Below are positions 25,301-36,500 of a DNA stretch of 64,000 nucleotides, piece after piece. Both the position numbers and the translations under genes were made by a program. Source of the stretch: Phallusia mammillata (taxonomy: Eukaryota). The first letter of the stretch is position 1. Every line of letters starts with the position of its first letter. Location: NCBI GenBank assembly GCA_965637545.1, contig OZ281499.1:620001-684000 (forward strand). The letters run 5' to 3'. The notes below the pieces were generated by a model. It was not told the DNA's origin and made no database searches. It was given only the letters and a program-made list of their open reading frames with translations.

Positions 25301-27803
25301 AATCTTAATGCAACAAAATTAAAAAAATAATTACCCTTTTTTGCATTAAATGATTTAAAACAAGCTGATATGATACCTTGGTTCTGTTAAATAAGAATCC
25401 TCACAAAATATTGCACCAAATCGCTACGGTTGACTGCGTTAAATTCGCTCATAAACCATTGATGCAGTGAATACTCAAAACTACACACTACAATCCCAAA
25501 CTTGTTCAAAGATGAAATACCTTGATTTGGGAAACAATCCTCTCGGTAGAAGATCCTGTGAATATTTGTCTCAATGTTTGTACAACATCGAGTCGCTTTA
25601 CATCGAACACTGCTTGGTTCAACCTACAGATGTCCAAGTTATCTCTGATGCAGTTAACAAACTTCTACAACCAGTAAGTTGTACTGAGTAAGTGTTAAGG
25701 AAAAAACAAAATGTCCAATTGTTTTTCCTGAACTGAAGACTATGTGTGATTTAATTAAACAACATAAGCCAGAGAACCTGTGTTTATACAATACATCCTG
25801 GTGCAAACGTTGTTACAAGATCAGTTGACAAGCTGTACTGATGATGATAGCAGAGATTGTTAAAACGTCTGCACAAAGATGTATTCTTTATACACAGGTT
25901 CTCTGGCAGTTATGTTTATGATCAAACTACTTTTTAAGTTCGTATCAAACAAACAATATTCGTTTTTGCGGATTTAATGCTTGTTTATCTTCTGATGACA
26001 AAATATAGGCGTGAATGACTTCCGTAAAACCTCATCATTAGTTTCATTCTGAGAAAGAAACCCCATCAAGACAAAATATTTTAGTTACAGGAACTTGATC
26101 TCAGTTTCAACCCGATCGGTTTGACGGGTATACGATATCTATCCCAGTGCATCAACAACCTTGTCACGTTGGGTTTGAGAAGTTGCAGTGTTCTGCCATT
26201 TGCTGTGAAACTTCTTTTAGAGGGGATTGACGAGCAACTGACCCACGTAGGTCATGTTCTAAATCACATTTAACACAAAGAAATAATTATTTGCAAACCT
26301 TTTTCTAAACCCTGTTGATGATTTTTTTAAGGCAAAAGTCGACCAAAACGCTTTTTTATCAGTATAGCCGCAAAGTCACCTCAGAATAGTTTTTTTGTTT
26401 TGCTTCTGTAATTTGCAGCCTATTGAAATGAGGAAATTTTACAGAAAATATGCATTTTACGTTTGGCACCAATAGTTTTTGTTCAGACTCCAAAAGTTCG
26501 AACAAAATAAAACAAAGAAAACATTTTACCTTTCACCCTCTTAGATGATGAATAGCACTTGAAATAAGCAATAAACCTCACCTTGTGTGCTCACCGTTTT
26601 GCAACAAACACTTTTGTATTATCTCAGTTGAAGATGATCGATCTTCGAGAAAACCCGACAGAAAACCTCGACCAGGATTTTCTTCCAACAAATCCAGATG
26701 TGGAAGTCCTCCTCATCCCTTGCATCCAGAAGCAGAGTCATCTGATATTGGAGGAGCAGGAGGAAAAGGAGGAGCAGAATCACGTGGATAAAGATGAACA
26801 GGTTTGATTTTACACAATCTGAATCGAAACTTTTGATGTCCGAACAAAAAAAAAGTTAAAATTTGGTAATATAAAGCTCGCGGTTGGTCGCTGAATAATC
26901 CTAAATCCCGAAAAAAACAAATTTATCAAGTTAACATATCGAATACTTTTTTGGGTAGCAATAATGTAAGACGGTTAAGGTATAAATTCGTAACTGGGAT
27001 CAGTCCTGAAACGTCTACTCTATGCAGACCAACGATCACGACACACTCATTTATGAAGCACAGTACGCCAGGCCATTAAAGGCGTCATACCGAATCAGCC
27101 AGTCTCCCAAGTATTCTCAGATGGCAAAGCGCAGGCTAAAAAAATCCAGCCTGCGATGGGATTCGAACCCACAACAGGAGTCTTTCCGGGACTCGCGCTT
27201 TAAGTTTAGACCAGGGGTGGGCAACCTTTGTAACTGTGGGGCCAAATACAATTGCAATAATAAGATCGCGGGCCGCACCTTTATATGACACAAGGTGATT
27301 TTATTTCGTTGCATACCAAACATGCCTTACTACAAGTAAAACTCGCATTTGATTTTCGCAGTATATTGTCAGGTCGCAGAAAAATAGCACCAGGCGCACT
27401 AAACTGCTCAAAAATATATAGTAGTTGGACTCGTTTGCCAGTACATTTGAAATACAAGTGTCTCCGCGGGCCGCACAACATTTAATCAAGGGCCACATGT
27501 GGCCCGCGGGCCGCAGGTTGCCCACCCCTGGTTTAGACCATTAAAGTTTTTAATTTATGAATCAACTTTCACATCTGGTATTTGAACCCGCATCCTCTCG
27601 ATATTGCTTGCATGAATTTAATTGGCGAAAAACCCACCAACAACGGCCTACATATTGACCTGCAGCACTCGACTACAGTGACGAGAAGTGCCAGCATCGG
27701 AGCTGAGGGAGGTTGCATTCACAGCAGTGGTTGTTCCGTCAACATTCCTCCTGGAGCGTTGGACCACGATGTGGAAAATAACGCAAATTTATGTGACTTT
27801 TAG
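22356..27803 (+). CDS. RI-type leucine-rich-repeat protein (NLR-like LRRs, no NACHT seen) with acidic patch and C-terminal partial ZU5 domain
   Basis: Phase-consistent exons 22356-22440 (MPEGSVSEIC...), 23947-24191, 24505-24666 (LKELHLRGCLLRDCDV), 24989-25156 (LKLLSLNGNKIGSVGIRSL), 25512-25673 (MKYLDLGNNPLG), 26085-26246 (LQELDLSFNPIGLTGIRYL), 26628-26801 (LKMIDLRENP...EEQEEKEEQ), 27666-27803 (SIGAEGGCIHSSGCSVNIPPGALDHDVE, a ZU5 N-terminal motif). First and last exon assignments are less certain than the LRR exons. Confidence 0.8.
22762..22850. repeat. 19-bp minisatellite (GTGTTTAAAGATTTGCCTT) x4.7
   Basis: Perfect head-to-tail units with no spacers, in intron 1 of the LRR gene. Confidence 0.95.
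22899..23066. mobile_element. hAT MITE
   Basis: TIR cagtggttcttaacc / ggttaagaacccctg; perfect TSD CCCTAGAA. Confidence 0.85.
24705..24860 (-). mobile_element. Family A single-arm copy with a mutated hammerhead core (CCGAUGA)
   Basis: Matches the left arm of the 39.2-kb element, followed by the spacer sequence in reversed orientation. Confidence 0.7.
26975..27203 (-). mobile_element. tRNA-derived SINE, longest copy; 5' end interrupted by a hAT MITE
   Basis: Reverse complement aaagcgcgagtcccggaaagactcctgttgtgggttcgaatccc matches the 3094 copy; body gcctggcgtactgtg...gtgatcg...tctgcatag...cccagt matches 29655-29750. Confidence 0.75.
27212..27530. mobile_element. hAT-superfamily MITE
   Basis: TIR CAGGGGTGGGCAACC / GGTTGCCCACCCCTG; perfect 8-bp TSD GTTTAGAC. 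Confidence 0.9.
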
Positions 27804-28958
27804 CATCACCTGTCAGGCTAAAATATACGGAAAATAAAAGTTTATCTGGTTTCTTGTAGATTTATTTGTCCACATGCATTCGGTTTTAAGTCCCGCATAT
27901 GATAAGTAAGCCAGTATGTAAAGTTGCAGATCGGAGCCAGGCTTTTTGGGCTTGATTCGGGCCTGTGTGCGTATTAGTATTTTTGAATAATAAACTAGCT
28001 AAGTAACCAGTTGCTAGACGTGACCTGACGTCAAACAGCACTAAAACGCAATCAAGCCCGGGAAAATCACAAGATTTGTTCCAGAGAAACTGTTTTTAAG
28101 CGAATTCGTAAAAGGGGTTTATAGTAACGCTACCAACCTAGCCCAAGTGTATAACAATTAAAATTACATGTTGCGGCCGCTTTATTGTCGGTGTGTTGAA
28201 CTGTTAAAGCAGGATTCGTCGTTGTTTTACAAAACATCCATCGCAAATAAAGGGTATTTTTTGCTGCATTTTCAAGGACACTGGATATTTGACTCTGAGA
28301 AACACTCAAAATGCGTCTCCATTTCAGACTCCTTATAAAATCTTCGACTCCCTACGACTTTTACTCTGCAACACTTTCTTGAATTCCTCGGCGAAAGCCC
28401 AAATCCACATAAAGTTTCAAATAAAAAAAAATACAACAAAACTTTGTTTCAGGAACGATGAGGAATGTTTTGGACCAAAACTTACCAGCAAAAACATAAA
28501 AATTAGCCTACAGATGACGAGTTTGGCTTCGAGCAAAAATCTCCGGGTTGTTGGAAAGCAATATCGGAATTGCGGAAAAAGAAAAGGCGAATTTATTATC
28601 AGGAAATCCACTACCTAGGCACTAATAAGGCACTTATCCTCACAACGTTTCATTCGAGATTTTTTCTTCGTTCCTCAACCACACAAAAGCAACTTGCCAG
28701 TTCTAAGCTCAAGAATATTCTTAGTACATGGAGGACGACATTAAACTACAGTGCACCAAGCGTGTTCGAAACGTTATATTGAATTGAAACAGTCTTTCAG
28801 GCCTAATTTGGTGTTACGCTTTCAATTAGACATACAACGAGTATTCGGTTTGCCGAATCCGTCATTTACCAAATTCGGTTTCGGCCGAATGCGAATCTTA
28901 TACGAACACAAAGTAAAAGCGTTAAACGAGTCTATTTGCTTCATAAGGCACTATACAC

Positions 28959-29360
28959 CAATGCTCTTCAACCGGTGTGCACGGTGCACCCAGGGTGCAC
29001 CAAAATATGCATGGGGTGCACCAGTACAAAAAGGTATACAAGGGTGCATCACAAACTTTTAATGGACCATTAATATTTGAATCTCAGGATATTAGAAAAA
29101 ATATGTAGGTTTCAACTAATATATAAATAAACCTCTGTATTTTTTTAAATGTTGATGTCTTGCACTTTCAGTGCGGTTGACGTATATCTACGGCAAAAGA
29201 CGTTTGCGTAGAGTGCGGATTGGCGTTAATTTACGTCAAAAGTTTTTTTTTTCATATCGCTTTTTATCTCAGTTTGCCAACAGGATAAGTAAACAGGGTG
29301 CACGAGTTCGTCACAACAACTTTAAGGGTTCACCAAACCAAAAAAGGTTGAAGAGCACTG
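28959..29360. mobile_element. hAT MITE
   Basis: TIR caatgctcttcaacc / ggttgaagagcactg; perfect TSD CTATACAC. Confidence 0.85.
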
Positions 29361-30575
29361 CTATACACAATGTTTCAAACTGCGCCATAACTCGCGTCTA
29401 CTTTTGTGACATTTTAAGCATGTGCTTTTTCCCCACCCCAGACAAAAAGTCAGAAATCGGTTGGAGGCTGGCAATCTTAAACACCGCATAACTAGAATGA
29501 TAATAAAACGCAACTATACTGTTGTGTAGCACCACTGTTTGCCTGGTAGAAAAAAATTATGTTTTCATGTCAAACGCGTAACGTACAAAAATGATTCGGT
29601 TGGTTCCCCACAACTGTTGAATATTCCGTTTCGACCCACCTAATTCAGTGCATCTCCACTTTCAATGGGCCTGGCTTACTGTGATTTATATACGAGTGTA
29701 CCGTGATCGCTTGTCTGCATAGACTTCCGGGCTAATCCCAGTCATGAATTTGTTATGTTCTCCATCACATTAAACTAAATTATTATTTTGGTATTTTTAT
29801 CCCTACATTCTCACAGTGTTTTGAACGAATCGTAAATATTTTATCAATATGTTACTCTGCCGTTTTGTCCGAATAATAAACATAAAAAACTACATAAAAA
29901 CCATTCTTCGTTTCGAACAATCATTTCCCGGCGCAGACCTTTTACCCAGATTCACAAACTGTCCAGATCACGTGTTGCAGCGCAATGCTCTATTGGTTGG
30001 TTCAATTTTGACAATTGCAGCCACAAAATGCGTTGAATTGTGCAAAGTCGCTTATCACATCAAGTTATGTAGATGATCAGGCACTCACAGTATCATGAAA
30101 CAATACAGCAACCGCGGTCATTGTGGTCAAAATGACTAAAATCGTTTTCAGAAAACGTCCGAATAACGATAACCAACTTGCAAGTGACGTCTTAATCCCT
30201 TTTTCATATTCTGCTTAAAAATATATTTTCATAAAAAGAAAAAAAATTGAAATACTTGAGATTCTTTTAAAGTTTTTTCCCCCTCTTAAAAGGCAGTTTC
30301 TGCTTTTAGGGGATTTTCCCAAAGGTTGAAAGGTCATATATGACGTCACTAAGGGCATGAAACGCGCGATTGAAAGTTGAAGGGATTAGAAACAGCAAAA
30401 ACGCACAATGATAACAATAAGAAACAATGAACAAGCTCTAAAATGTCTGAGGCGATTATGACGTCACTGAGCGCTCTCTCCTTCTTCTCTCACTCTCCTC
30501 CTCGCTTTCTCTTTCCTTCTCCCTCCCGGTTCAAAGAGCAGCAACCTCCGCGTGGTTGGTGGCAACGATGGATGC

Positions 30576-33500
30576 TCAGACGGATGTTGCACCGGATGAT
30601 TCCTCCTCTTCCGGTTTCTCAGGTGATCTTTCCGTCTCACTATCCTCTAATATCGACATCATCGGTCGGGTTGGAGTCTGACTGCGAATGTTGTGTCTGG
30701 AAACAAAAGTAATTCGGGTTAGATTCTTCAACGTTAGAAACATAGTCAGTGCAAACGGTGTCAAGGCTACAAGATGAATTAGGTATTTACAACTCTTTTC
30801 TGCATTTTACAGTTTAACTTGTATTCCATTCTTTATCGCTGTTGTTGTTTTTAGTTTTTAGATACTGTTGATGCCTATTACTTAAGTGAAATATATAAAT
30901 CTTAGAAAAAACGGTAGATGACTTGTCAAAGTTTTCAGTATGTTATTATATGCGACTGTTGCATCCATCTGTCGTACCGAGTCTCTGGTGACTCGTAATT
31001 GCATAAAATACTACACACTGTTTATACTAGAAAGTTTTTTTCTTGCCCGGCTCTTTAGCTGCATGATGCGTCGGTTTCGGTTGTTAAAAAATTAGATTCA
31101 ACCAAAATTTCAATAAAATTGATGCTAGTTACAAAGACCGCAGAATAAGACAATTTACTCCACAACATTTGAAGGCAAATATTAATTTTGAGGTAAATCA
31201 AATACAACCTCTCACGGGCGTGTTAAGTTCACGACAACGTGTCAGTCTGATAATTACCTTCCTCTCATTGATATTGGCGGGTGTTTCTTGTTGCTAGGGA
31301 AACCGGCAAATGATTTCCTCGCATCAGGACTGTATCGGTTGGTTTTCCTGCCAGGTCGACCTGAATTCATCGCTGCCCTCAAATCTCCGGCGGATGGGAT
31401 CCGACTTCTGCCTCCGTCTGTGGGAAAAATTATGATTGGGTGAGCGACGATTATTTGCTCACAAAGACGAGGTGTAAATGAGCACAAAACTTGTACAACA
31501 ATATTTTTCCTTTCTAACTTTAGCTTGTACTAAAACGCCATACCCAAAAAGAGCTGAATGAAGATTTGTTTTAAAAACTTTAATTTAAGTAAGACCGTTT
31601 TGGGGCAAAATATATCAGCAAAATGAAGCTCTATTGTTTTCTTGCACAGCCACATTTCGTCATCAAGCTCTAAAACACGAGATATATTACAAGTTCTTTA
31701 AAACAACGAGCATTTTTGTCAAGCATCACACCAGTTAAAACGATAACTTAGTTAAAGTTTTACAATCGCGGCTAATTTTAAAACTTCGCAACATTTTTGA
31801 TTTTTTTTATTATTTGCTTCCTGACAACAATCGCAAAGTCACACTAAATATTTTAGACCACACACTTACCATTCATGGTGTCGAGCCCGTCACCGCCCTC
31901 ACGTGGTGACCCGTTTGACCTTCCGTTCTGCAAACTGCTCCGTTGAAGTTTCTCCGCTGCTGTCATTTGGTTTCCCGAACCAGTTCTTAAATACATTTAC
32001 TTTGTTACAGATGTGAAGGAATAAAAACGTGCAATTTCAAAGTTTGAAACCTCCACTACATTTATTTCGTATCTGCGATATGGGGACAAAAACACTCCTT
32101 TTATTTTATTTTAGCAATATATTAATCTTTTACAAAACAATTTCTTTTTCTTTACTAATAATCCGTTCACAACACGTTAAAAATCTTTTTTATTTCGTTC
32201 TATAAACTTTATTATTCAGCTGATAAAGAATGTTGAACCTACTTTGAGAAACTTTGTAGCAGAAGAGCTTTGAAATCATCCCTGGATGTTGTTGATGAAG
32301 AATGAACACGACGTCGTCGCTCCAAACTCGATGTGCTGAATCTGATGAACAATCAGCGCTTACATAAAGTTTGGCGTCATTAACTAGCCCTTTTGTGTAA
32401 AAACTTGGGTTTTATCTTACCCTATGTGTGACTGTGCACAAATCAAGCGCATATATCATTTTATTCGTGTTATTGTGTCTTTTAGTTTGAAGTTTAAGTA
32501 GCCTGAAGTTTATGGCTGTGAAAACCGCTGACAGTTACAAATCAACCCGACGTTAATTTGAACTTATGTACATCTGCCACTCCAAGGTAAGCTTATATAA
32601 ACGAGATCCACAAGTTTTTACCTGTTTTGGCGATTTCGTTCAAGGGTTGAAACCGGGCTTAAAGTTGGCGACTTGATTCCGTTTGAATCGGGGGAAGAGC
32701 TACGTAAAGTGCCTCGTAATCTGTACAGTAAAACAAAGTTAGAGTTGTATATTAATGCAAAAAACATTGAAAAATCGTTTAATGTTTTGAAACAGAAATA
32801 AAGGATTTATTTGGAATGTGAAAAAAAATCTCTGCTTATCATTCACACTGTGTCGACAATGATTTATCTTGTGCCTTAATGGAAAGATTAAAACAAAACA
32901 TAGCAATGTAAAAACATCAAAAACCCTATTTCAAGCTTTTCTAACCTCTGCAGCGATGAACGAAGATCGTTTTTCGGCGTTGAAGTGATCGAGGAATCCA
33001 AACTATCTGCCGTCCAATTGTGCGAATCCGTATCATTTTCAGACTGTACAACCGGACTGGTTGGTTCTATTCTATCGAACCGGTTCTCCTCGAATACATC
33101 TGGTGTTTTAACCGGTTCTGTGGGAATTTTATGCTCTACTTCCGGGTTTTTTATCCCGTTTTCGTTGGTTTCAGGGATGGCTTTGTTAGAGGTCGGCTCC
33201 TCGGTCGGTTTGACACTTGAGGCGCTGTTGTTTGCGTTTTTATTCTGACCAACTCTCGCTAAACTCTTCACTAACTCGTCTTCAACCTTCGATATATCGC
33301 TTCCATTTATTCCAGAAGCGGATTGCGCTGCATGTTTTGCATCGTCGCCTTCCATAGCGGGTTTGTCCGTCACTGGAGGAGGTGAAGTCGCTGGCGATGC
33401 GCCTGTGAAAAAAGCTGCCCGGTCTGCCGCGATGCGCTCGCTCAGTCGTTTGTTTTTCACACCGGAGCGTTGAAGGTCATCGGTCTGCTGCTCAAGGTCA

Positions 33501-36500
33501 GCCACGTTTACCTTCCCGCCCGCTGTGCTCGCTGCAGGAGACTTGTGAAATTGCGGCTTCGGTTTGATGCTCGGCCTCAAGTTTTTCGGTTTAACCGGGG
33601 TTGGAGGCTTCGATGTTGGGCTGCGGGGTGAAAGTGGGGTTGGGGAGGTTGATTGGACCGTAGGGGACACTGGGGCTTTAAATTGAGGTGTTGGGGACAC
33701 TGGGACGGGTCTGGGTGAAACTGAGAGTGATAATTTAACCGGGGACACCGGGGCTCTTGTAGGGGACCGAGGGGTATTTTCCGAGGCTGTTCTGTTAGCA
33801 AATTCCTGCACAGAAGACACAGGGACAGTTTCGTGTCTATTGTGTGGTTCGGAAACCGTTGTTGGTGTGTTTGGCGATTTCAGTGGTTCGGAAAAAGTAA
33901 CTGGTGATTTGGGTGGTTGGGAAACGGTTACTGGCGATCTTGGGGGTCCAAGAACAGTAACTGGTGATTTTGACGGTTGAAAAATGGTCACTGGTGATTT
34001 GGGTGGTTGGGAAACACTGCTCTTATATGTTGGACTCGGGCTGGTCACGTGGCTGGTAACTGATTCGCCTGTGTCACAGACACCATTTGTCGTTGGTGTT
34101 TCAACCAGTTTCGAACCATCTTGATCTGGTTCACTGGTTCTCATCTGGTCCAAGTTGGTCGATTTGCTGGAAAGCTTTCGGGATGGTTTCCTTGCAACGG
34201 GTGGTTTATTGGTTGGTTGGTTTTTCACAACATGGTTCTGTGTAGCGAGTGGAGATAGTGGACTGCGACTTCGTTCACGCATTGATTGTGGTCTTTTGCC
34301 AAAATCAGATGGTGAATCAGAGCGAGATCTCGGTTGGTGCACGGAAAGGGTCCGCTCTGGTTTCTGACTGGTTGCTAATGGGGATGGTTTTTGGTTTTCC
34401 TGCATTGGCGACTTGTGATTAGATGGTTTGTGCTGTGGTTCTGGTCGCGGCGAAATTGAACCATTATGAATCTGGTAACTTGTATTGGTTGGTGCTCTGG
34501 TAGTTTGGTCCGCTGGTTGGTTGTTTTCGGTGGTGTATGGTCCGAATGGTAGAACGCTCACTGGAGAAGTTTGTCCTGAGCTTTCAACTTCTTCAGTGGG
34601 AGATCTCCTTACAGGTGCAGAATCTGGAACATCCCCGTGTAAAGCTTTCTTCGTCAAAGTGTTGAGCGGCTCCATGTAGGCTAGGATCTCCTTGGCGTCC
34701 ATCCGCGGGGATCGCAGACTCGAATCGCGGCGTGGAGGCGGAGGTTTGCTTGACGTCCGTCTCGGTTTTACGGGTGACGTGCTTTCACTCCGTCTCGACA
34801 ATTTTCGCTTCAATTCCGTCTGAAGGTCACTCGGTGACGTCACAATATCTGGGGATTTCCCACCGAAGTCGTCGCCGAAAAATCGTTTATCGTCAAGTTG
34901 CTTGGGTGTAGACGATTGCACGGAGTGGACATTGTAAATGTGGGGGGTGCGCAGATGGTTGGGGGCGACCCCAGGGGTGAAAACATCAGGGGTCTGTGGG
35001 GCCGCATAGTGGGGTCGAGCTGGGGCGGTTTGACGTCTCTGTAACCCACTGTCCTCATGCATAGATGTGAAGTATCCGTCCTGGTCCTGCGAGAAGATAG
35101 ACCCATCCAAACTCGACTCGTCCCGTATTAAACCATCCTTGCCACGTCTGTTGCCCAACACGAGCAAATCCATGGGGGAGCGGGCGCGTTTAATCTCGTG
35201 TTGTTTCTCAACATAATCCGGGTTCATAAATCCGTAAGCCCCAGCCGGAGTCGCGAATGTCAATCTATGCGGAGTCCCCATCTCAGAACGGGGTACAAAG
35301 TTCGAGTTATCCGGAGTAGATGTCCTCCCTGCGGAGTTATTGTACCCGCTCACGTGACTGAGTGAGAGTAGCGAGGATCCGGGCGAGTTCTCGAAGGTGC
35401 TGAGTCGAGAGTTTAGTGAAGAGGTGGAAGCAGACATCGGAGGAGCTGGCTCGTGGTTGCGACTCAGGGAGTTGTAAGGAGCGTGAGTTTTCAAAACCTG
35501 CCGGGAAATACGAAAAGTTAAAAACAAGAAACAACATTTGTATATAAACGGGTGTAACTGATATATAAGCTATTGCTGCCAGGCATAACATCAAGTTTAC
35601 AGAGCTCTTCTGGCAAATGTAATTTTATTCCGACGTTTCAACGTCATATACTCGCCTATTTACCCTGATGAAGACGACCTGTAAAGGACGTCGAAACGTC
35701 GGAATAAACTACATTTGCCAGAAGAGGGTGTAACTGATGTGGCCCTTCATTTTACCGATAATGGAATGAGCATTTGCCAAAACGTTTGAATAATAAAGCA
35801 TGTCGCTTATTACGTCTATTTGGGCCGTTATTTTTACCATTAAACTTATGGAATGACCCGTGTATGGTATTCTAATCGTGTCAAATTCACCACTTACTAA
35901 AAACTTCTGCCATCAAAAAGTAAACTTTACGATTGCAACCCACAGATTTCACCACTTTTGAGTTTCTACATTTCTAACTTTAACTTTTTGTCACCTGTTG
36001 CAGAGCGTTCGTTACATTCTGATGTTGAAGCAATATTTCTGACGTCGTAGAATGACGTGCGCTTTCCGTTCCGCTCCAGAAACCCGAAGAAATCCGGTCG
36101 TCGCCCTGGAAACGAGAACAATTAAAACTTTACTGCAACTGAACAGCGCCACTTTGTGTGTTAAATGTACAGTAAATGTAAGGGGACTAGAGTAAAGTTT
36201 GAATGGTGGTTTGAAAAAAGCAAAAGTGTCCGGCTTAAAATATATTAGTTTGAATAAATAAGTAAATTTCGTTGAACTTGGGTTTTTAACAATTTAACTG
36301 TTTGGAATCGCACATGTTGCACGCCAGCCCCTTAGTCCAACCAGCCTGGTACAGTTGACATTAAACATTTCACCACAAGTGACAAAGTGACAGCTGAATT
36401 CTGCGGGTTAAGTGGCGTGAAACTTACCATTGCATTTTTGTCCCTCATAAAATTCCCGCCTTTTGCCGGTTGAGCTGACTTCTCTGTCACGTGATTAAAA

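Noticed and set aside
25835-25880. CTGATGATGATAGCAGAGATTGTTAAAACGTCTGC, possible decayed hammerhead
   Set aside because: GAAA box mutated and helix II poor; no second copy in the window to support it.
28289-28782. 109-aa ORF as a possible continuation of the ZU5 gene or a transposase
   Set aside because: No ZU5, UPA, death-domain or DDE motif recognised; low-complexity K/N-rich translation of probable repeat DNA.
30443-30712. Plus-strand 89-aa ORF
   Set aside because: Antisense to the NHS last exon and 3' UTR with a CT-rich tract; no independent support.
32985-35106. Antisense and alternate-frame ORFs (32985, 33020, 33577, 34155, 34485, 34840)
   Set aside because: Shadows of the GC-richer 2.57-kb NHS exon.
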